Shown here: one piece after another, positions 39,132 through 51,479 of the stretch
How the letters are laid out: each line of letters begins with the position of its first letter
Numbering within the stretch: the stretch's first letter is position 1
NCBI RefSeq assembly: GCF_036321535.1
Contig: NC_087436.1
Span: forward strand, 88,538,001-88,602,000
Source: Camelus dromedarius
Lineage: Eukaryota
Length of the DNA: 64,000 nucleotides
Direction of reading: 5' to 3'
Notes under the pieces: generated by a model
What the model was told of the DNA's origin: nothing
Database searches by the model: none
What the model saw: only the letters and a program-made list of their open reading frames with translations
Made by a program: the position numbers and the translations under genes

Positions 39132-39821
39132 TGTATCTTCATATACAAGTGTGAACATCTACATACACATACATACACACTTTAAAAACAAAGTTGAATT
39201 TTCTACAGGGTTATATGCCTTTCCCCACCTTGAACTCTGTACTAAGTATCTATAATCCTGGACAAGGTGAATAATCACTCTTGGCTTCAATTTTTTCATC
39301 TGTAAAATGAGGGAGTTTGACTCAATGATTCTAAAGATCCCTTCTGTAATTTTATGGTTTGATCATAAGACATCTTGGTTCCCAGAGTAATTTACTTACA
39401 GTCCTGGCTGTTCATAAATGTTGTTGATGGACCAGCTCTAAATTCATAGGTACTTATAGCTGGAAGACATTTTAAAGAAACTGAAGCCAGGATATTAAGT
39501 GACCCGCCAAAGTCATGCAACTGCCAAAATTAGGGCTGGTAACCCATTTCTCAGGCTACTATTCTATTTCAGAAAAGTAAAAACATAAGGTATAAACAAA
39601 GACAGTTAAAATTTTTTATTAATGTTTACACAAAGATGAAATGCTCTGAATAATTTTTCAAGTCCTATTTATATATAGAGAATAATAATTTAAATTATCC
39701 AATTTATTGCATAGAGTAGGATATTTCATTTCTGAGAAGTCAGTGAATGCATACAACTACATTTTTAATTGCTGTAAGATACTTCCAATTTGAGGAAATC
39801 ATCATCTCATCATCTATTCTA

Positions 39822-40280
39822 CTTGGTTAGTTTAATTATTATTCTGCAAACATTCTCACTTCCTTACCCTCCTGACCTGGGCAGAGTATTCTTCCCCTGA
39901 TGTCAAGTTGGTGGCCAATGGGACATCAGTAGAAGTGATATAAGGAGAGAGTTTAAATGTACTTATGTGGTTGGATTTACTCTCTTGCACCTCTGTACTT
40001 GTCAGGAATAGAGCAACCCTGAAGAGCTGCTGCCTCTTCAGCTTGATCGCAGAATGAAAACACACAGCAAACCTAAGCTCATCCCACATTAAGGGGCCAA
40101 AGCCAGGTGGGTATTTAGCCTGATGCAGAGTCACCCAGGTTTACCTGGTCTAGATTAGTCAACCATCAGCTGACCTACACATAAATAGGACTATATGACA
40201 CATAAACAGAAATATGTGACTGTTGTTTTTAGCCACTGGGTTTGGGGTTGTGTGTTATGCAGCAGCAGCTGACTGATACA
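39822..40280 (+). mobile_element. MLT1 (MaLR) LTR
   Basis: 3' end tgttgttttagccactgggtttggggttgtgtgttatgcagcagcagctgactgataca. Confidence 0.75.
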
Positions 40281-43139
40281 CCTGCCTATTTATATTAGCA
40301 AAGGAAAGAATGAATTAAATCTCTGTAATTTATTTTCCAAATAGCAGCCAGTGCAAATTGGATTATGTCACTCCTCTGCTTAATTCCCCACCCCCCTTGA
40401 TTTTTTTCCGCTGGACTTTTAAAAAGCTTTCCATGCTCAAAGCTTGCTCACTTCTGACATTACACTGCACTAGTCTCTCTCACTGTCTGAAACATCACTA
40501 ATTTTTTTTCACTCTTTGATTCAATAAATATTTATTGACTATCTCCTATCCGTTAGGCATTTTCTGAAGTTAGGGATACAAGAGGTAATAAAATACAATT
40601 CCTGCTCTGTTATAGTCATTCTAATAGAAGGAAATAAACAAGTGAGCTAATAACTTCACAATATGCTCAGTGCCGTGGAAAACAGTAAAGAAGCAAAGAG
40701 GATTTTTTTTTTTAAACAGCATTAAGTGAAAAACCTCTCTGTTAAGTGTAAATGCAAAAACACTGACATGGGAATTTGCTTGAGGGGGTGCAAAGAACTG
40801 TACCACCCAGGCTGGCTAGTGAGAGCAGGGAGATAATATGAGATGAGGTCAAAGAGTACCAGGGAGCAGCATCAGACAAAATGACCCTTTAGATCAATGG
40901 GCCCAATCTTGTCATTTCTCCTTCCAAAATTTTACAATGGCTTTTCTTCTCATTCAGAAAAAAATCCACAATCCCCACCGCAGACTAGAAGGACCTACAG
41001 AATCCTGCCTCCAGCTATCTCTGTAACCTCACTCCCTACCCCCTTCTTTCATAGGCTAAACTCCATCTCACCTTAAAGCTTTTCAGTTGCCTTTACCTGT
41101 TAGTTGGTCCCAGAAGTGGCTGGCAGGGCTAACTCCTTCACTGAGCTCTCACTTAAAATGCCTTCTCTGCCCTTCCCATCTAAAGGGACTTCTCACTTTC
41201 CATCATACAACTTAATACTGCCAACCAAGCAAACTTGCTCTTACAGCTTAATGAAGCCTTTTAACAATGCTGTATATCCATATATCTATTTCATTTATTC
41301 ACCCAACAAACCAGTTGTTGTTCCTACCACGCAGGGCACCATGTTAGGTATTCATTCATTTAACATTTAAATTCTTACTGAGCACTTCCTGTGTGCCCTG
41401 CCCTGTTCTGAAACTTGGTGAGATAGTGATCTGCAAGACAAGTAAACAGGCCTCTGTTCTCCTGGAGCTGACAATGCTCATGAGAAAACTAACAATGAAG
41501 CAGGAATAAGGGGAGTAGAATAGAAATGAGAAATACTTTAGAGCAAATTTGGAGCAGAGTAAGTATGAGAAATAATTTTGAGCAAATTTGGGACTTGAGT
41601 CATAGTAGATATATCTACAGATAAACTCCGATAGCGCTGGGTAAGAAGCCCATTATTTCATTCAACCCAAATAAAATGGAGCAGATACTGTTGACTTTTT
41701 AAAAAAGTTAAAAACTTGTATCTCTAAACAAGATCATCCCATGATCAGTGTTGTCTGGAAGCCAAATATTCTATGAGGAGACTGTTGACCATCAGAATCC
41801 CTACATAAACTGCTACAATCAATAACATATTTTCTGAACAACCTTAGTGAAGAATTTTACTTCCTTTAAGCACTGGAATTTCAGCACTTATGAAATCTAT
41901 GGAAGACTGGGAAAACTCATGCTTTTAATCTTGTGCAAATCTGGAGAAAATCTTTTTTAGTGGAACATAAAAGAGGCTATATTTTACTTAGAAAATGCAG
42001 CTTGTCTTGATGGTAAAAATTATGTGCATTTGGTGGGATTTTGAAAAATGTTTATGATATCGATTTTTTTAAGAGTAAAATCTCAGAATCATTAAAATGT
42101 GTATCATTGCATCCAAGAGGCCAGAGAATGGGGATGGTCACCTACAGGAAAAAAAAAAAATCAAAGGCTCAAATAATTCTGTGCTTGGTTTGATTGCTAG
42201 TTCTGAAAACTTAATCAGTTCTCTGGGCCTCTAGGACCAGACTGTCTGGCAAATCCCTGTCTACTAGAACCTAGGCCAATGTCTGGCACATGGGACTCCT
42301 GTCATTTGAATAAATGAACAAGTGAAAAATGGAGGCTTTAGTCCTTGTCAGGCTCTGAACTGTGTGCTTCTTAGGTAAATCCCAGCTGCATCTATTCCTC
42401 ACAACTCTAAACTGTAGGCATTATTCCCAGTTTCTAGACGAAGACTTAAGGAGGCTGTCATAGCTGAGAAGACTGGAAGCAACGCCTAATCTCTTCCCAT
42501 TACTTACAATGATTCTGATTTCTCTCAAGTCTTTGCCACCAGTCTCCCACTCAATTAATTACCACAGTTAATCCCAGTTATTAAGCATCAAGTTTGAATA
42601 CTTCTTGTTGAAACTAAACGCATGAGCAAAGCAGGAAAACCATCCTTAAGTTCAAACAAGTGGTGTAATTCACACAGCCTTCTTACTTACAGATCCTTCG
42701 GTAAACAAGGGTTGGATGTATCAGTAGTCTGACTTACTGGTTTAGGAATTTTTTAGACAAAGGTCACACAATCTGACTATCTAGGAAATAATTCCAGATC
42801 CAGCTGCCTTAGTAACCACTTCCAAAACCTTGGCTTTTGAATAGTTTGTGAATTGTTCAGGCATTTTTCTTTCTTTGTGTTCTTTCTTTCTCCTTCTGGC
42901 ACAGTTTTGACTAGTTCATTGACTTTATTTTTCTTTCCTTTTCTTTTTCTAAAAACTCCCCGCATTAAGCAATAAGCTAGGAGAGCCAAAAGGAGAGAAA
43001 ACCGGGGAAATTACCAGCAATTTTGGAGAAGTAGAGTTCTTGCCACGCCTCTCACTGCCCCCTCACTATTTACGTTCCTTACCAGATAAATTAGAAATCG
43101 GCTTTCCCCTGGACTCTGAAAACTGAAAACTGTCGTTTC

Positions 43140-44450
43140 AGTTGATACACTTCAGTTCAGAGCCGTCCGCACTTCCCTCCACCCCCGCCGCGGGACCCCG
43201 GTCCCTACTTTTATCTAGATTCACAAGGGCGTTCTGTATTGAGGCTGTGGAAAGCCTGCCAGTGTTGTAAACACCTAGCAAGGGCAAGGGGCAGCACCCT
43301 GAGATTTTACAGGACTTGGGTGGCGGCGGAAACCACAGACCACAAAGCTGTGAAAAACCTGCCAGTGACTGAGCCCAGTTCCTGGTCTCCTCTGCTCGCC
43401 TCCTGCCTTACGTGGCTGCACAGTCAGACACGAGGCTGCTGGGGTTGGAGACGTTTTCATCTCGAAGGAAGAAGGGAGGTGTGGGTGGCCAAGACTTATC
43501 CACGCCTTTCCCCAGGGGTCCAAGGCGCCAGACTCTCCAGTGTGTGACCCTCGCCAAGCCCTGGGCGCAAGACCGACTCCCGCCGGTGCCGGGGCACGCC
43601 CTCTGCCCATTGGGTGACGTTGATCACGGACTCTGGAAGTGAGTCTGAGTCAGTAGAAGCGTGTCTTTTCAGCCGAGCCTTGGGAGTTTTCCCACACCTC
43701 CCGGAGTACCCCGTCACGATACTCAGGCTCTCCGTAATTTACATAGATCTGCCTTCCGGACTAGAGTAGGAGCCACGTATGTCTAGTTCGACTCAGGCAT
43801 TCCCACAGAGTCTGGCGTATTGTAGACGCCAATAAATATCTGTTGACCAGCTGATTGGCTGAATGACTGAATAAATGCATGAATGAGTGTTTAAGAGTCC
43901 GTGTATTCCTTTCTGGTCGCCACTGTCTCATCGCCACCCCGATGCCAGGTCCCCCTGCTCGGGGCAGACACTCACCTTCTCGACAGGGCTCTCCAGGCGG
44001 TAGCCTCACCTGTCCTCCCATGGCCCCTACGGGCTTCCTGGGCGCAGAAGCTCGTTCCTCACCCACCTGGGCTTCTCCTTCTCCCCATGGACCAACTTTC
44101 GGGCGGAGCCGCTGGGTCTCGGGCTGGTCTGAGCAGACCCGCCCTGGCAGCCTCAGCCAATGGGGGTGGCGGGGTGGGGCCTCCGCGCGAGCCACGCCCC
44201 CGAGGTCCGAGGGTAGGGCTCTAATTCTCCCCACCCGGCTGCGGCGGCCGCCCCAGGGCACAGGTGGGACTGGCGGGACTGCCGCAGGAGCCAAGCAGTG
44301 CAGAAGCACAGACACGCCTCGCAGGGTAAACTCGCCTCTCGGAGCGTGGAGGCCGCCGGGCCAACTCTCAGGGAATTTGGTGGAGTAAAGTCTGTGCTGA
44401 GAGGCCCCCTTCTGGCTCCTCCGGGGGCAAAAAGTCTCCTGCTAATGAAT
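43140..44450. promoter_or_regulatory. CpG island and NIPAL1 promoter, probably bidirectional with CNGA1
   Basis: Dense CpGs and high GC around NIPAL1 exon 1. GC box GGGCGG at 44101, CCAAT at 44157-44161, SP/KLF-type GGGGTGGGG and GCCACGCCCC at about 44170-44200. The CNGA1 link rests on human synteny only. Confidence 0.8.
43976..44021 (-). CDS. NIPAL1: NIPAL1 (NIPA-like domain containing 1, Mg2+ transporter family) exon 1, coding part
   Basis: ATG in strong Kozak context (gccATGG) at 44021-44019. Translates MGGQVRLPPGEPCRE(G); donor GTGAGT at 43975; lies in the CpG island. Confidence 0.95.
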
Positions 44451-45399
44451 TTTGAGGGCCCTGCTTTGGAAGTTAGCAGCTGTATAGGGAAGTTGTGGCC
44501 ACTGGGATTCTGCTCGGAATACCATGCTAAAGTTTATTCTGGCGGCTTCAGAACAGACTTTGCCGTTTTGTGTTATTATCAGCTTCTCCCGCAGTCCCTC
44601 GGCTTCAAACTTCGCCCCTCCCTCACCTCTTTTCCTAAGCCATATAGTTATTTGCAATAAACCCTAAAGGAAAAGCTATGTTCAAACAGAAGAGACTAAC
44701 TCCTGCAAAATAATACTAGTTAACATTTATGATACTCCTGCTTTACTGTGCGTATGTAGGCAGGCACTTTATATGCATTAACTCATATCTCATAACATAG
44801 TCTATTAACCCCTAGTTTACAGAGGAGGGATCAGAGGAAAAGTGAGATTAAGTAATTTAACCAACTAGTCAATGGAAGGCTTCGTAACATATGCTCCCAA
44901 GGTCGTTAAACAACACGAAATGGGCACAATTCCTGCTAAAACCCTCACCACAGGAACGAAGTGCCTCTGTGCTCTGGGACTTCAGCATTGAAGGAAGTCC
45001 TCTTGTCTGCTTAGCTTGCCTTTGCCCTGGGTAAGCAAAGCAGTGCTATTGACTTTATTACCTAGGAGTTTCACAGCAGAGGCCTCAATCTTGCTTTTCT
45101 TGTTCTTAGGCTGAAGAGAGAAGAGTTAAGATCAGTCAACCAAACAATACAAAGCACACACTTTCACAGTGGTTGGCTTGGTGGAGAAGGAATAGCGTGG
45201 GGAGGGCAATAGGTGAAATTTGGAAGGGAGGGAGATTTTTCTCAAATTTGGATAACAAGCCTTAAGACTTAGATTTCTATTTAAAAAATTTTGTTTGAAT
45301 AACAGACTTGATGCTGCTTTTATCAGAGATTGGTGATGATAGTAAACAGTGATCCAAAGTATTATTTATTTATTACTTATTTAACTGACATACATTTAG

Positions 45400-45610
45400 C
45401 ATTTGTGTGGGCAAACATTATTCTAAGCACTTTGTAAATATTTGCCTTTTAAATCAGCAAAATAGATAGATACTATTATTAATCCCCACTTTGCAGATAA
45501 GGGAAGGGAGGCATATAGAGATTATGTAATTTGCCTATGCACACAGCTATTAAGTTGTGGAGCTGGTATGCTAACTAAGGAAATCTAGCTTCAGTATACG
45601 CTTTTAACGT
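45400..45610 (-). mobile_element. MIR relic (others at about 39240-39350, 44720-44880, 49700-49890, 54150-54270, 55110-55330, 63000-63150)
   Basis: MIR core motifs such as tccccactttgcagataagggaa and cattttacagatgagcaaattgaggctcaga. Confidence 0.6.
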
Positions 45611-46369
45611 ATTTGCTAAATAAAAAAAACTAAAAATGTACCTCTGAGTTTTTATTTTTGATAAAAACTAATTCTAATTTCTTCTTAAAGTCTATCTGAG
45701 GTAGCAGGCACTTTGGTATAATTGTTTTTTAGTTCTGAAAATAAAGGTGAAAACATACAGAAAAAATATTTAAGCCTATTTAAGATCACTGTTTTTCCAG
45801 TTTAAATGTTGCCTTTATACTGTATTTTCCTTCACTGCCTATTTCTAGATAACTTTGGATATTATGCAGTTAGAGCACCATAGACTGTCACAAATGACAT
45901 TCATTTTGAGGATTTTTTCTTCCCCCCCAAGGCATAATGTTTATTTAACCAGGAGAAGAACATTCAAAAACCTCAAACCAGCCCATTTTATGACTCTGGG
46001 AAAATTCCTTTTCTAGTAATAAATGAGATCCTCTAAAATGTCTGCTCCAGTCTTATTGTTTTTTGTACTAGGTTACCTAGACCCAGTAGTGATGGTCAAA
46101 ATAATGAACAATCATTAAAACCAGAAAGCCTCAAGGGATAAGGCTGCAGGTTCTTTGAGCAGCACAGAGTCTGAGAGGGTACCTATTGTGTAAAGCTTGA
46201 ATCCCTCATTTGCTAGATTCTGGAGAGATCTGAGATTCCTGGGGCAGAGAATGAAGTGACTAAGGCAGAGGGGATGGTAGTTGTGGAGGGGGCTTGAGAC
46301 TATTTGCAGAAATGTTATAGTTCTGCCTAGCACTATTCCAAGTCTACTACTGGGAATTTGTGATTCTTT

Positions 46370-49300
46370 ATTTTTTCCTCAATCACTCTAGATTGGAGGC
46401 TATCAATCTTATTAATCTTTCCCAAGAACCAGATTTTACCTTTATTGATTTTCTTTACTGATTTTTAAATTTTAAAATTTCGCCGACTTCTGCCTTTTTT
46501 ATTATTTCTTTCTTTCTACATTGAGTTTATCTGCTCTACTTGTTTCTAAGGTAGAAACTTGGATTATTGATTTTAAAACTTTATTCCTTCTAATACAAGC
46601 ATTTAAAGCTAACATTTGCTTCCAAATACTACTTTAGCTGCATCCCACAAGTTTTGATATGTTGATATGTTTTTAATATGTTTGATATATTTTGATATGT
46701 TTGATATGTTGTTTTTATTATAAATAAGTTTAAAATATTTTCAAATGTTGCTTGTGATTTTTTTCCTCTGACCCATGGTTTATTTAGGAATGTGTTACTT
46801 GATTTCCGAATATCTGGGGATTTTCCAGACATCCTTCCGTTATTGATATATAAATTAAGTTTGTGTAATAACAGTCCTTTGAAATTTATTGTGATTTGGT
46901 TTATGGCTCAGCATATGATGTATTTTGGTCAGTGTTCCAAGTGAAATTGAAAAGAATGTGTATTCTGCAGTTGTTGGGTAGAGTGTTTTATAAATGTCAA
47001 TTAGATTAAACTGGTTGCTCAAAATCTAGTTTATTACTGATTTTTAAATTTGTTCCATCAGTTGCTGAGGAAGAAGCATTAAAATCACCTGTAATTGTGA
47101 TTTTGACTACAAATTTAGTGCTGTCAGTTTTTGCTTCATGAATTTTTTGAAGCTTTGTCATTAGGTGTATATACAAATAGGATTATTATGTCTTCTTAAT
47201 AAATTTATATTTTTGTCATTATTAAATGTCCCTGGTAATACTTTCTGATTTGAATTTACTTTGATACTAATATAGCTGAACCAGCTGTTTTATTATTAGA
47301 GTTTATATGTTATGTCTTTTTCTATCCCTTTACCTCTAACTTACCTTTGTATTTAAAACTTACTTCTTATAAATGACATATAGTTACATTTTAGTTTTCT
47401 AACCAAGATGACAATTTTTGCTTTTAAAGAGCCTTTTAAGTCTGCTTATATATTTTATAATTATTTATGTGGTTGGATCACATACTAAAAAAGTTCCTTT
47501 ATTATTTCTTATAGTGTAGATTTGCTAGCCATAAGTTTTCTCCATTTTTATTTGCCTGAAAAAAGTCTTTATTTTTGTCTTTGTGTTTTAAAGCTACTTT
47601 TTCTTGGTACAGAAGTATAAGTTGACAGTATTTCTTCTTAAATTTTATTTTATTTTTATTGAAGCATAGTCAGTTTACAATGTTGTGTTAAATTCTAGCG
47701 TCCAACATAATAATTTAGTTATACATATATAGATATATATTCCTTTTCATATTCTTTTTCATTATAGGCTAATACAAGATATTAAATATAGTTGCCTATG
47801 CTATGCAGTAGGACCTTGTTGCTTATCTACTTTATATATAGTAGTTGACAGTACTTCTTTTCTTTCAGCACTTTGAAGATACTGTTCCGTTGTTTTCTAG
47901 CTTACATTGTTTCTATTAAAAGGCTGTGACTATTTGTTTGATTTTTTCCCACTGTATGTAATATACCTTTTTTTCCCCCTCTGGCTGTTTAAAATTTTTT
48001 TTCCACTTATTTTCAGTAATTGGGCTTTTATTTGCCTAGGTATGATTTTCTTTGTGTTTATTCTGTGTGGGTTCATTGAGATTCTTGATTATGTAGGTTT
48101 ACACTTTTCATCAAATTTGGAAAATTGTTGGCCATTAGTTCTTCAAATGTTTGTTTTGGCCATTAGTTCTTCAAATTTTTGTTTTTACCACCTCCCTTCT
48201 AGGACACCAGTTTTATGGAGCCACTTAATATAGGCTCTGATGTTTTATCTCTTGCTTCAGTTGGGTCAGCTTCTGTTGCTATGTCTTCAAGTTTACAGAG
48301 TCTATCTTCTGTATTGTCTAGTCCATTGAATAGACATCTGGTGAATTTTTCATTTTAGATAGTCTAATTTTAATTTCTTAAATTTCCATTTGTTATTTTT
48401 TCATGTCTTTCATATTTTTTATACATTCTGTACATTTTACTTTGAATTCTTGAGCATATTTATAATATATATTTTAAGGTCCTTGTCTGTTAATTCCATC
48501 ATCTCTGTCATGTCTGCATCTCTGCTAGATCTGCAACTATTGACTGATTTGTTTTTCTGATTATAGTTCACATTTTCCTGCTTCTTTTTGTGTCTTGTAA
48601 TTTCTGACTGAGTGCCAAACATTATGAAGTTACATTGTGAAGTTTTTGGATTTTGTTGCCTCCCTAAAAGAGAAAGGGAGATGAGTTACGTGATTAGCTG
48701 GATCCTTTATAAGCTTGTTTTAAGATTTGCTATGATAGATGAAAATATCCTTTATCCGAGATCTAGTTTAGCCCTACTCCTAAAGTGTGGCTTTTCTGTG
48801 TACCCTATTAATGTCTGGGTCTTCACTGAGATCTCTCCACTCTGACAGGTAGGAACTTGAGTGTCTCCATGGTCTGTGTGAACTTGGGGAATTATTTAAC
48901 ATTTAGTTTCCTGGCAGTTATTCATTGCCTAGCACATGGGGTTTCAGCCGAGGCATATGCAGTATTCCATCAAAGACTTGAAAAGATCCCTCTGCAGATT
49001 TTTGGAGCTTTCTCTGTACAGCTTCCTCCTCTCAGGTACTCTTCGGCAAATTCTAGTCATTGTGGCCTCCAACATCATGTTTCTGGCTCCTCAACTAAGC
49101 AAGACTGTTGGACTCCACTTAGTTTACTTTTTCTTATGCCACAGTTCAGAAACTGACTCTGGGCAGCATTCAACTAATCTGTACCTCTCCCCCTCCCGCC
49201 CCCCCCCCAAAGGATCACTTTCCTGTACTGCCTTTTGCCCAATATTTTAAAAACAATTGTTTTTATATATTTTTGTCTAGTTTGGAGTCAAGCTACTTTT
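46370..49300 (-). mobile_element. Large old L1M region with a younger L1 3' end nested at 47637-47842
   Basis: Antisense ORF2-like phrases (ctttagctgcatcccacaag, gaaaagaatgtgtattctgcagttgttggg). The nested insert has TSD agttgacagtatttctt (47620) / agttgacagtacttctt (47843). Confidence 0.75.
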
Positions 49301-50940
49301 TAATGAGCAAAAGCTAAGTCTACAGTATAGGTGATTTGTTGGAGGCTAAAGCAGTGTTTGAACGTGGTGTTGAAGTTCATGACTTACATCTGCATCTAAA
49401 CATCATTTAATGAGTTGTAGTGACAAGCAAACAGGGCAAAATTTCTCCACACAGAAATTAGTAAAATAATCTATGATAACTCAAGAAATATTTTCTAACG
49501 TGGCACTACTAGTCAATAGAACACAGTCCTCAGATACAGTTGTACTCTCCTCCATGATCAATTCCTTTGCTACTCTGAACGCTTTTGAGCCCTCCATATT
49601 TAATTGTGTTACATAACTAGAAATTTGATACTATAACAGTGAATTATTAATTAATTACTAGTGAGCTCCAGGAATTTTCAGTAAATACTATCTTAATAGT
49701 TACTATAATTGAGGACCTGATTTGTGCCAGACCTATGGGAAGAGTTTTATGTAGATTATCTCTGATTATCATAACCTGATAAAAAGGATTTTCCCCATTA
49801 TCCTGATGAAAAAAACAGAGGCCCAAGACCTCAGTGCTGTTGGTAGTTGACAGAGCCAGGATGCAAGTCTCTATTAATCTGACTCCAGACTCTATTAAAT
49901 TTTCAATATTCCAAGCAGCTATTAACATCAGATACTAAAATTCTATTCTATTATTCAACATCTTCTGGATATACAGAGGATTAATCAAAATTCTATCCGT
50001 TTTCAAGTTCAGTTAAATTCAGATGTAATAATAAATATTTTATTTATTTTAAATTACATAATAGTTTATGAAGTGTTTTGCAATTTCAGTTACAATAGCA
50101 TGATGGTAACTTGGTATGAGCACAATTCCTAGGAGGACTGTGACTCCGTGGGCTCTAAAAGTCTGGGTCTGGTTTTAACAACTGGATGCTTATGTTCTGT
50201 AATTAGTGAGTTTTTTCGCTGTAAATAGATCTACCTGAGAAACTAAATTATACTCAAGGATTTGGTTTACTCATTAGCAGAAATCTAGCCCTATATTGAG
50301 CACTTCATTTGTGGAAGACAGTTTCCTGAGTCAAACATGTCATTTCACTAAGAAATAGAAAAGTTATATAACTTGCCCTAGGCAGCACAGCTAGCAAGTG
50401 GATGAACTGGAATGTGAACCAAAATGTGTCTAACATCCAATGCTGATATTCCTGACCATTAAGCTAGACTGCCTCTCATAGTGAGTGATCTTACAGACAC
50501 TCCCTACCCCAGTGCCTGGCATGTAATACTACTCAATTTTTTCTTGAATAAGAACAATAGCATTTTCTTAATCTTGCACATTTCACATATTTTCGAATCT
50601 GTGTTCACTAGACAAAGAAGAGTTAACAGGTACTTAACAATGTATATATTAAGTGAATATATTGATATATATTCGCTATTTGGGGGAGGCAAATTGATGG
50701 AAATCATGGATCATCTCAAAAAAGAACACATTTTCATGTATATGTTAAATCATGCTACAATGTCATGGGGTCCTGGACCCCCAAAATCTGCCGATGGAAT
50801 TTGTATGAGAATCTTTGTATTCAAAAAGCAGTGGAAGGCGGTTCTACTGTTTATCTCTTTGTCAGTGTCACTACTCTCAGAGCTACACAGCCTCCATTTC
50901 CTCTTGCTGGAATCTTGATTAATAACAGAAGTACAGGTAC

Positions 50941-51357
50941 TGTGAAGGAAAAGCTGGGCTGGGCTAACAAGATAACTCACAAATCTAAGTATCGGAATAC
51001 TGATCTGAGTTCTGCTGGACTAACTTGTAAATCTAAGTTAATTAGTGTTGGTTTGCTGTTGATGTTTTTTTTTTGCTAGCCAGCTGGGTTTTCAAAGATA
51101 CATATCTGGCTTTGTAATGTTGGTTTGCTGCCTCCCTGCCTCCACTTTTGTGATGATAATGCTGCTAAAGCTGTTCCATGCCTATTGGCCGAATACCCCA
51201 AGCTTGTACTTTACCCTGTAAACCCTCATGTGCACGTCTTGGAGGTGCTCAGAGCTTCGGAGCAGAAGCCCCTCTGAGCCCGCCGGCGTAATACATCTGA
51301 GTACTCCTACCCTCCGAGTGGTGCTTGTTTCTTGACTGGCCTGTCGTTTCCGTAACA
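50941..51357 (+). mobile_element. Young ERV1-type solo LTR with perfect 4-bp TSD
   Basis: gtac|TGtgaagg...cgtaaCA|gtac; several CpGs retained. Confidence 0.85.
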
Positions 51358-51479
51358 GTACAAGAAAATACATACGTTTTTCATTTATCCATTTCAATGA
51401 ATATTACTGAGGCACTGACCTGCACTCATTTATTATTTTCCAAACAGAACCCCCGAACTCCCTCTCCCTCCAGCCTATT

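Noticed and set aside
43761..44660. Long overlapping ORFs (184, 169, 107, 120 aa) in the CpG island, including a possible N-terminal extension of NIPAL1
   Set aside because: Stop codons are rare in GC-rich DNA. The in-frame upstream start is GTG, and only MGGQVRLPPGEPCRE matches the known protein.
46652..46712. Repeated tttgatatg units
   Set aside because: A simple slippage minisatellite inside an L1, with no unique spacers; not a CRISPR-like array.
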